The notes beneath the pieces were generated by a model. The model ran no database searches and was not told the DNA's origin. It saw only the letters and a program-made list of their open reading frames with translations. From positions 429,941 to 493,940 of the forward strand of contig CAVZBR010000004.1 in NCBI GenBank assembly GCA_963773585.1: 64,000 nucleotides of DNA. Direction: 5' to 3'. Positions 10,348 to 19,817 of the stretch are shown piece by piece. Origin of the DNA: an uncultured Gammaproteobacteria bacterium. GTDB lineage: Bacteria > Pseudomonadota > Gammaproteobacteria > JASBUN01. The position numbers were made by a program, and so were the translations under genes. Numbering within the stretch: position 1 is the stretch's first letter; each line of letters opens with the position of its first letter.

Positions 10348-12675
10348 TCAGCGAACGTCCGCCGGCGACCGGCGCCGGGCCAGCAGCAACGCGAATACGA
10401 AGCTGGCGCTGACGCCGATGGCAACGGTGCTGCCGATGGCCCTCAATACGGGAATTTCGGACCAGGCAAGGATACCAAAGACTGCGACGGTCGAGGTAGC
10501 GCACACCAACAGCGCGTGGAGCGTTCGCCGACGCTCATTGCGGTCGCCGCCGGCGCGATTGAAAAACAGACTGTAATCGACGCCCGCACCGAGCACCATC
10601 AACAGAGCCACCAGATGGAACAGGGAAATATGCTGGCCCATGGCCCACAACGACCCCAAATCCACCAGACCCGCCAGCAACATCGGAAACAGCACCCGCG
10701 CCACGACCGGCAGCGAACGCAGCGCCAACGCCAGCACCGCTACGATCACCGCCGCGCTCCACGCGGCCCGGCTCAGTCCCTCCTGCCGAAAGCGGGTCAT
10801 CAGCTCCCGTGCCACCAGGCGCTGGTTCAAGTAGTGCACGTCGCCGCCCGCTTGTTGCGCCCAGTTTTCCAGCGCCTCGGGGTCGCGTACTCCGGCCAGG
10901 GGGATGACCGACGTCCAACCCGAAGCGCCGGCGAACAACTGCGATGCGATCCGCGCTCCGAGATTGGTATGGTGCAGCTGCTCGAGGGTCAGCGGCGCTT
11001 GTTGACGGGCGGCAGCCACCGCCGCCAGGAAGGGTGCGAAGGTGCCACTGCGAAACGGCAGTTGCGAGGTGGCGTGGCTGAGACTGGTTTCCAGCGCGGC
11101 GGCGCTGGGCAACTGCCGCTGCCGCGCGCGCTGGGTTTCGGCACTCGGCAAATAGCGGCTGGCTGGGGTGAAGCCCTGCAATGCACCCCGCGACACCAGC
11201 GCATCGAGCCCCCGCGCCGCCTGCTCGGTACGGCGCAGGGCGGTTTGCGGGTCAGGCGCGCCGATCACGACTGCCTGACTGACTTCCGGCGCCCCCAAGG
11301 CCCGACGAAGCTCGTGATCGAGCCGACGCGCGCTGTCGGGAATCGGGCTGAGGGCCGCCAGATCGTCCTCCCAAGGAAAGGGGCCGGGCGTCAGCACCGC
11401 CAGCAGCGCTGCAGCCAGAATCGCCGCTGGCACCAAACCCAACCTACCGCGCACCCTTTGCGCCAGGTCGAGCAACCGCGACGAGCCGGCCTGAGGCGGG
11501 TGCCAGGTGGCGGGCAACAGCGCGGGCAACAGCCAGCGGGTCACGGCCGCGGCGGTCAGCAAGCCGCACACGGCAAACAGACCAAGCTGCGCCAAGCCGG
11601 TGAAGCCGGCACCGATCAAGGCGCCAAAACCCAGGGTCGTGGTCAGCACGCCCAAGCCCATGGTCGGCCAGATCCGCCTCATCGCCGCCGCCACTCGGGT
11701 GCCGGCCTGCAAGTGACTGAACAGATGAATCGGATAATCGACCGCAATGCCCAACAGCGTGGTCCCGAATGCCAGGGTCAAACCGTGGATACCGCCGAAC
11801 CAGGCGCTGACCGCCGCCGTCGCCACCAGCAGACCGCTCGCCAACGGCAACGCCGCCAACAGCACCACCGCCAGATTCCGGTACGCGAACAGCAGAATCA
11901 GCGCCACCGCGACGGACGCCGCTGCGCTCAGCAACTGGGTCTCATGACGGGTGACATCCCGGGACGTGACGGCGTAGAGCCCGGGTCCTGCCAACAGCAG
12001 TTGCGCATGGGATTCACCGCGCACCTGCGCGAACGCCGAACGAATCGTTTTCAGCGCGCGCGCCTGAGCGTCGATGTCGTAAACGCTGGCATTGGTTTCC
12101 ACCAGCAACAAGGCACGCTCGACATCCCGTTGAAACCACACGCCGTGGCGGATCGCGGGCGCGCGGGCATCACGCCACGACTGCAACAGGCTGCGAAACT
12201 CGGCCGTAGGATCGGCTGGAATCGATTCCTTTTCGACGCTGCTCAGCGGCGATGCGAGCTCCCGCAGGCGCTGCTGCAGCGCCTGCTCGAGTCCTGCTGC
12301 GCTGAAGCGCCGCGCCGACACGCTGGGACTGAGCAGGTAACGATGGGCGAACAGCATCGACTGTTCCTCGGGCGCCAGCAATTGCGCACCGTTGGCCACC
12401 CGCGCAAAACCGGGCGCAGCGCGCAACCGTTGCGCGAGGCCATTGCTCAGCGCCGCGAGTTGCTGCGGGTCCGCGCCTTGAATACCGATCATGACGATGC
12501 GCGCGGCCGGTCCGGTGCGCAGTTCGTCCAACAGCAGTTGTTCGGTGGGCGTCTGCGCCCGGGGCAGAAACGCGGTGAGATCGGTGGCAACGGAAGTCTT
12601 GAATGCGATCCACCAGCCGCTGAGTACCAGCACCGCAAGCCAGACCGCGATCGCTGTGGCGCGGCCCTTACTCAC
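10348..12675 (-). CDS. MMPL-family exporter
   Basis: Two transmembrane bundles with GIAVDY and GAGVDY motifs and two large loops. Confidence 0.85.
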   Translation of the reverse strand: MSKGRATAIAVWLAVLVLSGWWIAFKTSVATDLTAFLPRAQTPTEQLLLDELRTGPAARIVMIGIQGADPQQLAALSNGLAQRLRAAPGFARVANGAQLLAPEEQSMLFAHRYLLSPSVSARRFSAAGLEQALQQRLRELASPLSSVEKESIPADPTAEFRSLLQSWRDARAPAIRHGVWFQRDVERALLLVETNASVYDIDAQARALKTIRSAFAQVRGESHAQLLLAGPGLYAVTSRDVTRHETQLLSAAASVAVALILLFAYRNLAVVLLAALPLASGLLVATAAVSAWFGGIHGLTLAFGTTLLGIAVDYPIHLFSHLQAGTRVAAAMRRIWPTMGLGVLTTTLGFGALIGAGFTGLAQLGLFAVCGLLTAAAVTRWLLPALLPATWHPPQAGSSRLLDLAQRVRGRLGLVPAAILAAALLAVLTPGPFPWEDDLAALSPIPDSARRLDHELRRALGAPEVSQAVVIGAPDPQTALRRTEQAARGLDALVSRGALQGFTPASRYLPSAETQRARQRQLPSAAALETSLSHATSQLPFRSGTFAPFLAAVAAARQQAPLTLEQLHHTNLGARIASQLFAGASGWTSVIPLAGVRDPEALENWAQQAGGDVHYLNQRLVARELMTRFRQEGLSRAAWSAAVIVAVLALALRSLPVVARVLFPMLLAGLVDLGSLWAMGQHISLFHLVALLMVLGAGVDYSLFFNRAGGDRNERRRTLHALLVCATSTVAVFGILAWSEIPVLRAIGSTVAIGVSASFVFALLLARRRSPADVR

Positions 12676-13273
12676 CGATGGTTCGGATCCGCATCATGCT
12701 TTGATCGCCATCGGTTTCCCTGATCAGGATGCTGAACAAGTGCGCGCCATTGCCGTTGACTTCGATGCGCTCGACATGGGCGGCCATGTTCGCGTCGCGG
12801 GGCGTCAGTCGCAGCAGCCAATCGTCCGCGGTACCGGAAAGTCGCAGGGTGTAGAAGCGTCGCAAGGCGTCGACATCGCCGCCCAAGGTCGCACGGAAAG
12901 CTTCCGCGAAGGCACGCAAGGCCGGATGGCGGTCGAGGTTCAAGGTGCGCGTGCTGCCATCTGCGGATTGGATATGCACCACGTCGCCGGTGATTTCATA
13001 GTCTTCGTGATCCGGTGAGATGACTTCTTTGCGCAAATAATCCGGTGCGCGATAGAAGAGTTTTCCTGTTAAGCGCAACGGGCGCTGCAACATCGCCATG
13101 GTCTTGGTTTCGACGAATTCGGCCTCGGACTGTCGAATCCCCGACAACAGTTTGCCAAGATCCTGGACACTGAAAGAGTCTCCCCGCGCCGCCGCGCACG
13201 ACAGGGAGACCGTCACCAACAACGCGCTGGCGAATCTAATCCGCCACGGCGCTTTGATCGTTCCAGAAGTCAT
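12668..13273 (-). CDS. LolA-like periplasmic carrier protein
   Basis: Signal-like N-terminus; FVETKTMAMLQRPLRLTGKLFYRAP and WLLRLTP. Confidence 0.75.
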   Translation of the reverse strand: MTSGTIKAPWRIRFASALLVTVSLSCAAARGDSFSVQDLGKLLSGIRQSEAEFVETKTMAMLQRPLRLTGKLFYRAPDYLRKEVISPDHEDYEITGDVVHIQSADGSTRTLNLDRHPALRAFAEAFRATLGGDVDALRRFYTLRLSGTADDWLLRLTPRDANMAAHVERIEVNGNGAHLFSILIRETDGDQSMMRIRTIGE

Positions 13274-14144
13274 AAAAGTTGAACCAATTAAAAGGCGCTG
13301 AGCGCGTGAAATACTCGAGCCGCTCGACGTAGCGACCGATCCACTGCTGCAATTCCTGGTCGCGCCGAGCACGATTGATGTGCACGCATTCGCTGAGCAG
13401 CTCGAAATGAATTTCGTAGCGATTGCCGCCGCGATAGAGTGCAAAGCACAAAATCACTGGGACCTTGAAGGTGGCCGCCATCAACATCGGGCCCGCCGGA
13501 AAATGAGCCGGCGTACCGAGAAAATCGCACACCACTGTCTTGTCGCTTTCCGCAACCCGGTCGCCGAGCACACCCACCAGGGCGCCATCCTGCAATGCTT
13601 CCTGCACTTTGAACAGCGTTTCCGGACCGCCCAATGAAATGACCGACTGCGCCACCTCCGGATTCAACAAGTCGAGCAGTTCGGTCAGCAGCCGGTTCTG
13701 GTGGCGGTACATGAGGATCTTCAATGGGAAATGCTGCTGACTGATCGCCAATGCCCGCATGGCCTCGAAGCTGCCCAGATGGGAACCCAACAGCATGCAA
13801 CCCTGTCCGGCCCGGATGCGTGACAACAACACTTCGGCATTATGCAGTTTGACGTCGAATCGACGTTCCTGTCCGGCCAGAAAATATACCCGGTCGAGAA
13901 TCGTTGCCGAGAACGTGAAGAAATGCCGTGTGCGTTCTGCCCACCGGGGCGGCCGGCCGAGCAGTCGGTGCAGATAATTACGCGAGGCGCGTCGTGCCCG
14001 CGCTCCGGTCAACAGGAAATACCAGCTGATGGGGTGCAGCAGCAGGCGTGCCGGAGTGCGTCCCAGACGCAGTGCAATCCAGACGATCAGCTTCATCGCC
14101 GAGCGCGAGCCGCGTTCGCGCTGCTGAAACCACGCCCGGCTCAC
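13236..14144 (-). CDS. LpxL-like lipid acyltransferase
   Basis: GSHLGSFE, LGDR, PFNWFNFYDFW. Confidence 0.85.
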   Translation of the reverse strand: MSRAWFQQRERGSRSAMKLIVWIALRLGRTPARLLLHPISWYFLLTGARARRASRNYLHRLLGRPPRWAERTRHFFTFSATILDRVYFLAGQERRFDVKLHNAEVLLSRIRAGQGCMLLGSHLGSFEAMRALAISQQHFPLKILMYRHQNRLLTELLDLLNPEVAQSVISLGGPETLFKVQEALQDGALVGVLGDRVAESDKTVVCDFLGTPAHFPAGPMLMAATFKVPVILCFALYRGGNRYEIHFELLSECVHINRARRDQELQQWIGRYVERLEYFTRSAPFNWFNFYDFWNDQSAVAD

Positions 14145-14452
14145 TGGTGTTCACCTGTGCCCTCGACCTGGAAGCGTCCGGTCGCGATCAACCGCTCTCC
14201 CACTGCGCAGTCAAAGCGCACGGTACCGGCCGCGGTACGCTTCAAAACCATTTGCGCGGTTTCATCCGGCGCCAGTGGCGACAAAAACTTCACTTGCGGA
14301 ATTCCGCTTATGCGGCAATCACAGAACGCGTCGGTCAGCGCGGCTGCCGCATGTTGCAGAATGATCACGGCAGGGATCAACGGACGGCCGGGAAAATGGC
14401 CCGGCAGGCACGGATGATCGGCGGGTATGCGCAATTCACGTACGGCTCTCAC
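14141..14452 (-). CDS. FabA/FabZ-like dehydratase
   Basis: HPCLPGHFPGRPLIPAV and VKFLSPL. Confidence 0.8.
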   Translation of the reverse strand: MRAVRELRIPADHPCLPGHFPGRPLIPAVIILQHAAAALTDAFCDCRISGIPQVKFLSPLAPDETAQMVLKRTAAGTVRFDCAVGERLIATGRFQVEGTGEHQ

Positions 14453-15783
14453 GCATTGCGCCCCAGACGTTCGAGCAGCGGCAGCAAGACCGAGCGCGGC
14501 AGCTTGCCGGTTTCAGCGCGGGGCAGATATGGCACCAGATGCAGCGGTCGCGGCATGAACGCCGGATCGATGCGTGCGGCGAGCGCCTCCAGTAGCGCCG
14601 CCTTGTCCATGCCCGGCGCCACCACCAGTGCGCTGAGCCGCGCGACTTTGCCGCCTTCCGCATCGTGGGGTACGAATACGCAGTCCTCGACGCCGTCGAT
14701 CTGCAGCAGCTTCTGCGTCAAATCCATCAACGAAGCACGCTTGCCGGCGATATTGACCAAATCCGAGTTGCGGCCGAGCAGCTCGAACACCGAATCGTCG
14801 CGAACGCGGACCTGATCGTTCAATTGCACCGGACCGGGCAGATGGCCGCCGGAGATCGTCGCCCCGACGGTCGCAGTCTGCAATCGCAGCCCTTGGTACA
14901 ACCGCCATTGCGGCCCCCTGATGGTGCGCCGGCTGGCAATGGAACCGGTTTCGGTCGAACCGAAGATCTCAAGCACCGGCGCTTTAAGGATCTGCTCCGC
15001 CTGCTGGGCGAGTTCGAAGGACAGCGGCGCGGTGGCTGAAATCACGAAGTTGGGCGCCGGCCAAGCCAGGCCCGCACCGACGCAAGTACGCAAATGCACC
15101 GGCGTGGTCACCAGAATGCGGGCTGCGCCGGCTTGCTGCAGACAGCGTTGGATGTCGGCTGCGAAAAACGGCCGCTCGGCATTGGCGATCACCCCGGCCA
15201 CCAGCGGCAGCAGGATCGAGGTTTCCAGGCCATACATATGCTGCGGCGGTACTGTGGCGATTACTTCGCTGCCGGCGTGGATGTCGAACCGGCGCTGCGC
15301 CAGCAACGATCCCTGGACCAGGTTGCGCCAGCGCTTCCAGTTCGGACATGGTTTGCCGGTACTGCCGGAGGTGAATACCACCGCCACCGGATGCTCCGCC
15401 GCGATCTGCGGTACGGCGTCGCACTCGGTCCGTTGCGCCTCCAGATCCGGCATCACGAACTGTTGCAAAGGCAGATCGCCTGCCCGCTGTTCGACGATAC
15501 ACACACAAGGCGAGAATTCCTCGGCCACCTCGGCCACTACCGCCGGAACGCGGGTCGGCGGCAACAAATTGGTAAGGCCGCGGGCCATCACCGCTGCGAA
15601 TGCCACCAGGAACAGGTAGCGGTCTTCGCAAAGATTGATCGCGAAGGTGCGTTCCGGCAACTGTGCCGCAACCAAGTCGACGTGGGCCATGAACTGCGCG
15701 CGCGAGATCAACCGTCCATGCCAGCGTGCCACCGGGGCGTCGACCGCGTGGTTATGCAGGATGGGCAGCGTTGTCGGCGTCAT
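14449..15783 (-). CDS. AMP-dependent aryl/acyl ligase (XanA2-like, probable hydroxybenzoate loading)
   Basis: FTSGSTGKP, HMYGLE, FGSTETG, LPRAETGK. Confidence 0.85.
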   Translation of the reverse strand: MTPTTLPILHNHAVDAPVARWHGRLISRAQFMAHVDLVAAQLPERTFAINLCEDRYLFLVAFAAVMARGLTNLLPPTRVPAVVAEVAEEFSPCVCIVEQRAGDLPLQQFVMPDLEAQRTECDAVPQIAAEHPVAVVFTSGSTGKPCPNWKRWRNLVQGSLLAQRRFDIHAGSEVIATVPPQHMYGLETSILLPLVAGVIANAERPFFAADIQRCLQQAGAARILVTTPVHLRTCVGAGLAWPAPNFVISATAPLSFELAQQAEQILKAPVLEIFGSTETGSIASRRTIRGPQWRLYQGLRLQTATVGATISGGHLPGPVQLNDQVRVRDDSVFELLGRNSDLVNIAGKRASLMDLTQKLLQIDGVEDCVFVPHDAEGGKVARLSALVVAPGMDKAALLEALAARIDPAFMPRPLHLVPYLPRAETGKLPRSVLLPLLERLGRNA

Positions 15784-16439
15784 GTGGACTGCTTCCGCAG
15801 GCGCCGAAAATCAGTGCGCAGAAGATTAGCCAGAAAGCGCATGAAACCGGGATGCCGGCGGTTGCGCAGCACCCGGCGGCGGATGCGATATTCCACGGCG
15901 AACAGAGCCAGCACGAACAGATAGTTGAGACAGTTGGTGAACAGCGACCAGACTTGCGCTGGCGCGAATAGCGCCAACAGCAGGCTTTGCAGCGCAATGA
16001 TGGCAAAGAAGCCCGACCACACCACGGTCACACGCCGGGTATAGCGGCGCATTTCGGGTGTCACCGAATCGTATTGCAGTTCCACGTACGCCGTAATCAA
16101 TGGTGTGTTGCCGGGCAACAGCGTGCTGCCGAACAAGGCGCACAAGGACACGTTGATCGCGACCGGCACCGCGTACAGCAGCGAAAAGGCGCCGAACAAC
16201 CAACCCAGTAATGCGATCGTCGCCACCGCTACCACCAAAGGCAAGTAGCGGCCGCCGCGCATATTGGCAAGCACCACGGGCAGCAGGAACACCGCAATGC
16301 CGCCCAAGGCGATCAACGGCTCGTGGTACACGACGCCGACATGGGTCGCCACCGGGAGAATGAGCAGTGTGATTGCGGTGAGAACGACGCGGCGCAGCGG
16401 CACTGCGCTATTTGGTTCGGTGTTGCTCAACGTATGCAC
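15780..16439 (-). CDS. Aryl-polyene cluster membrane protein (COG4648-like)
   Basis: Multiple TM helices; YTRRVTVVW, WSLFTN, EYRIR. Confidence 0.75.
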   Translation of the reverse strand: MHTLSNTEPNSAVPLRRVVLTAITLLILPVATHVGVVYHEPLIALGGIAVFLLPVVLANMRGGRYLPLVVAVATIALLGWLFGAFSLLYAVPVAINVSLCALFGSTLLPGNTPLITAYVELQYDSVTPEMRRYTRRVTVVWSGFFAIIALQSLLLALFAPAQVWSLFTNCLNYLFVLALFAVEYRIRRRVLRNRRHPGFMRFLANLLRTDFRRLRKQST

Positions 16440-16689
16440 TCAGTGCGCGCAGCGACGAGAAGATGCGGACATTTTCCACATCGTCGGAGCGCAGTTGGCA
16501 CCCATAGCGCTGGCTCAATGCCAACGCGAGTTCCAGTGCATCAATGGAATCCAACCCGAGGCCTTCCCGGAACAGGGGCTGATCGGGCTCGATCCCATCG
16601 GCCGCCACCTCTTCCAGATTCAGCGTATCGATGATGAGTTGAGCGATTTCCGTTTCGAATGGAGAATGTCTCGCCAGTGCTTGTGCCAC
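16408..16689 (-). CDS. Acyl carrier protein
   Basis: GLGLDSIDALEL phosphopantetheine attachment site. Confidence 0.92.
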   Translation of the reverse strand: MAQALARHSPFETEIAQLIIDTLNLEEVAADGIEPDQPLFREGLGLDSIDALELALALSQRYGCQLRSDDVENVRIFSSLRALSAYVEQHRTK

Positions 16690-16857
16690 GCTGCCCCCTG
16701 GAACCCTGGTTCGGTCGTATCATACCTGGCGCTGGCGCCAGACCCACTTATCGACCGTAATTTACGTTCTTTTAACGCACATATGATACTTTGAGCGGCG
16801 GCCAGATCAAGCGTTCTGGGCCGCCACAGAAGGCCAACTAAATCTAGGGCGAATGGC

Positions 16858-18198
16858 ATGATGGAAGCGCAGGTCGCGTCGCACGATTGCGACGTCTTGG
16901 TGATTGGCGGCGGTCCCGCGGGATCGACCGTCGCGGCTTTGCTGGCCGAGAAGGGACGCCGGGTAGTGGTGTTGGAAAAGGAACGTCATCCGCGCTTTCA
17001 CATCGGCGAATCGTTGCTGCCCATGAATCTGCCGCTGCTGGAGCGCCTTGGGGTGCTCGACCAAGTCCGTGCGATCGGTGTGGTGAAATACGGGGCTGAG
17101 TTCAATTCCGACCGCCACCATAACGGTGTCAGTACGTTCTATTTCGCCGAAGCCTTGGATAAGCGACATCCTTATGCATTCCAAGTCCGGCGCTCGGAGT
17201 TCGATCACATTCTGTTGCAAAACGCGCAAGCCAAGGGCGCCGAAGTCCACCAGGAAACCCGAGTAAAGGATGTTGAATTCGAGCAGGGCCGACCGGTGTG
17301 CGTGCGAGCCCAGGACGCATCCGGACAGTCGCGCTCTTGGCGGCCCCGCTTTGTGATCGATGCCTCCGGCCGCGATACCTTCCTGAGCAAACGGTTGCGG
17401 CTCAAGCAGCGCAGCCCACGGCATCAGACTGCTGCCATCTTCAGTCATTTCGAAAACGTGTCCCGGCGCGAAGGCCGCGATGAAGGCAATATCAGCATCT
17501 GCTGGTTCGCTCAGGGCTGGTTCTGGATGATCCCGCTACGGGATGGCTCCATGAGTGTCGGCGCGGTGTGTTGGCCGGAATATCTGAAACAGCGCGACTG
17601 TTCGCCGGAGGATTTTCTTTGGCGCACCATCGCCCAGTGCCCGGCCGTGGCGCAGCGCATGGCCGAGGCGCGCATGATCGCGCCGGCGCGGGCGACGGGG
17701 AATTATTCCTATAACGCTTCGACCATGTATGGCGATGGCTTTCTGTTGGTCGGCGATGCGTACGCATTCGTCGATCCAGTATTTTCCAGCGGCGTATTCC
17801 TGGCCATGAACGGTGCGGTTGGGAGCGCCGAAGTGGTGGAGCACTGTCTGCGGGAGCCGCGTAAGGAACGCCAGTTGTTGGCGCGCCACCAGCGCAAGAT
17901 CGACCGTGGCATCCGCACCATTTCCTGGTTCATTCATCGTTTCAACTCGCCGGTGATGCACAGCTTGTTCATGGCGCCGCGCAACGTCGCCCATATCCAG
18001 GAAGCCGTCATTTCGGTGCTCGCCGGCGACCTGTACCGGGACACGCGCATCCGTCTACCTTTGGCGCTGTTCAAGGCTTTGTATTACGGTGCGAACGTAG
18101 TCAAATTTCGCCAGGCATGGAACTTTGCACGCCGGCGCGCGCGAAGCGCCCAAACCCGATTCACGGGCGGCACCACGCCCCAGGACGCCGAAACCTGA
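16858..18198 (+). CDS. Flavin-dependent halogenase-family protein (xanthomonadin brominase-like)
   Basis: GGGPAG, HIGESL, WFWMIP (WxWxIP), GDAYAFVDPVFSSG. Confidence 0.85.
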   Translation: MMEAQVASHDCDVLVIGGGPAGSTVAALLAEKGRRVVVLEKERHPRFHIGESLLPMNLPLLERLGVLDQVRAIGVVKYGAEFNSDRHHNGVSTFYFAEALDKRHPYAFQVRRSEFDHILLQNAQAKGAEVHQETRVKDVEFEQGRPVCVRAQDASGQSRSWRPRFVIDASGRDTFLSKRLRLKQRSPRHQTAAIFSHFENVSRREGRDEGNISICWFAQGWFWMIPLRDGSMSVGAVCWPEYLKQRDCSPEDFLWRTIAQCPAVAQRMAEARMIAPARATGNYSYNASTMYGDGFLLVGDAYAFVDPVFSSGVFLAMNGAVGSAEVVEHCLREPRKERQLLARHQRKIDRGIRTISWFIHRFNSPVMHSLFMAPRNVAHIQEAVISVLAGDLYRDTRIRLPLALFKALYYGANVVKFRQAWNFARRRARSAQTRFTGGTTPQDAET

Positions 18199-18210
18199 CC
18201 GAGGCACTGC

Positions 18211-19266
18211 ATGGGACATGAGCGACCCGCCCGTCGCGAACGCAGCGAGCCGGCACCCGCAATCACCGTATGCTACCTCCCCCGGTCAGATGCTGAGGCA
18301 TTGCGCGACGACCCGCACGTTCTTGCCGCCGTGCATTTCGCCTGCGATCACTGGGTACGCGAAGATCGGCCACGATCCTTTGGCGTCGGCGTACCGTTGC
18401 TGGATGCCTCGGCCGACACGGTCGAGGTGTGGCGATCCGCCGCACCCAGCCGGGCAACGCAAATCGACGGCGTCGTCCTGTTGGAAACCGACATCTGCGT
18501 GTTCGGCCATTTGCTCGTGGATGAATCGCGCGAAGGCGGTTTGCAGGCGGCCACCCGCAGTGCTTATGAACGGATCCTGACAGCCCTTCGCGCCAGGGGC
18601 TATCCATACTTGTTGCGTATCTGGCATTTTTTCCCCCGGATCACGAGCGTCGCGCACGACATGGAGCGCTACCAGACATTTTGCGTCGGCCGGCACCAGG
18701 CGCTCAGTAGTGCCGCCGAATTCGAAAGGTCGTTGCCGGCTGCGACGGCCATCGGCTGCCAGGGCGATGGCCTGCTGCTGTATTTCATTGCCGCGACCAG
18801 CCCCGGTCTGCAAGTGGAAAACCCGCGCCAAGTCAGCGCTTTCGACTACCCTCGTCAATATGGGCCGGAGAGCCCTTCGTTCTCTCGGGCAATGTTGCAG
18901 CATTGGCCACAGGGCGACGCCTTATACATTTCCGGAACCGCCAGTGTGGTCGGCCACGCTAGCCGCCATCGCCACGATCTTGCAGCCCAGGTCGACGAGA
19001 TCGCCCGTAACTTGCGCGCGCTGACCGAAGGTACTGACGAACGGTCAGCACGGCGCGGGTGGCTCGCGCCGGAAAATTGCGCGGCGAAAGTCTACGTTCG
19101 CAAGCCCCAGGACCAGCCCAGGATCGCAGCCTTGCTGACCGAACGCCTCGGACATGAGTTACCGACGCTCTATCTGCAAGGCGACATTTGCCGCTCGGAG
19201 CTGCTATTGGAAGTGGAAGCAACCTGCACCGGATTTGCGCAAGGGAGCTCGGTTTTTTCGTCTTGA
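18211..19266 (+). CDS. Chorismatase (XanB2/FkbO/Hyg5 family)
   Basis: YQTFCVGR, PAATAIG, ENPRQVSAFDYP, PSFSRA, ISGTASVVGH, ICRSELLLEVE. Confidence 0.88.
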   Translation: MGHERPARRERSEPAPAITVCYLPRSDAEALRDDPHVLAAVHFACDHWVREDRPRSFGVGVPLLDASADTVEVWRSAAPSRATQIDGVVLLETDICVFGHLLVDESREGGLQAATRSAYERILTALRARGYPYLLRIWHFFPRITSVAHDMERYQTFCVGRHQALSSAAEFERSLPAATAIGCQGDGLLLYFIAATSPGLQVENPRQVSAFDYPRQYGPESPSFSRAMLQHWPQGDALYISGTASVVGHASRHRHDLAAQVDEIARNLRALTEGTDERSARRGWLAPENCAAKVYVRKPQDQPRIAALLTERLGHELPTLYLQGDICRSELLLEVEATCTGFAQGSSVFSS

Positions 19267-19421
19267 ACCCTGACCTTTTCTGCCCGGCTTTGCCAAACCG
19301 CGTCCGGGCACACGGACGGCCTGCCCGCTGTCCCAAAATCAACCCAAAGCACCGCACCGTATTCCATCACCTGTCGATTGGCCGTAGCAACGCTGTACGA
19401 CCGTTTTACAGCGTTGGGACC

Positions 19422-19783
19422 ATGACATTTGGACATCGATTTCAAAGCTCTGTTTGACGTTTTACCGACCCCCCTTTTTGGTGGTCGACAGAGATCTGTG
19501 TATCGTTTACGTGAACAAGGGCATATTTGCGAACCACGCAACGCACGCTCGAAGACTTGAACGGCCGCTATGTCTTCGATGCTTTTCCGGAAAGCGGCGA
19601 TCGCCTGCAGCGTTTCAAAGACGCATTCGAGCGAGCACGCGACGGCGAAGACAATGTAGCGGCCTTCGCCCCCTATGCGCTTCCAAGACCGAAAGGGAAG
19701 GCGCCGGCAAAGGCAGCGAATTTGATGTGCGGCTACCGCTGGCAGAGGAATCCGAGGCTGCGATGGATGATCGGTCGAGCTAG
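19422..19783 (+). pseudogene. Collapsed PAS sensor kinase relic
   Basis: Reading across three +1 shifts gives DIDFKALFDVLPTPFLVVDRDLCIVYVNKAYL...VFDAFP (PAS), joined to EGAGKGSEFDVRLPL (HATPase C-terminus). Confidence 0.7.
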
Positions 19784-19817
19784 CACAGTTGATTGCTCGT
19801 AGAGCACTGACGCCCGC

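Noticed and set aside
10315-12723. 802-aa plus-strand ORF, and similar long ORFs at 2138-3622, 8717-10285, 25025-26263, 46166-47887 and 62435-63514
   Set aside because: Antisense shadows of clear genes in GC-rich DNA; no recognisable motifs.
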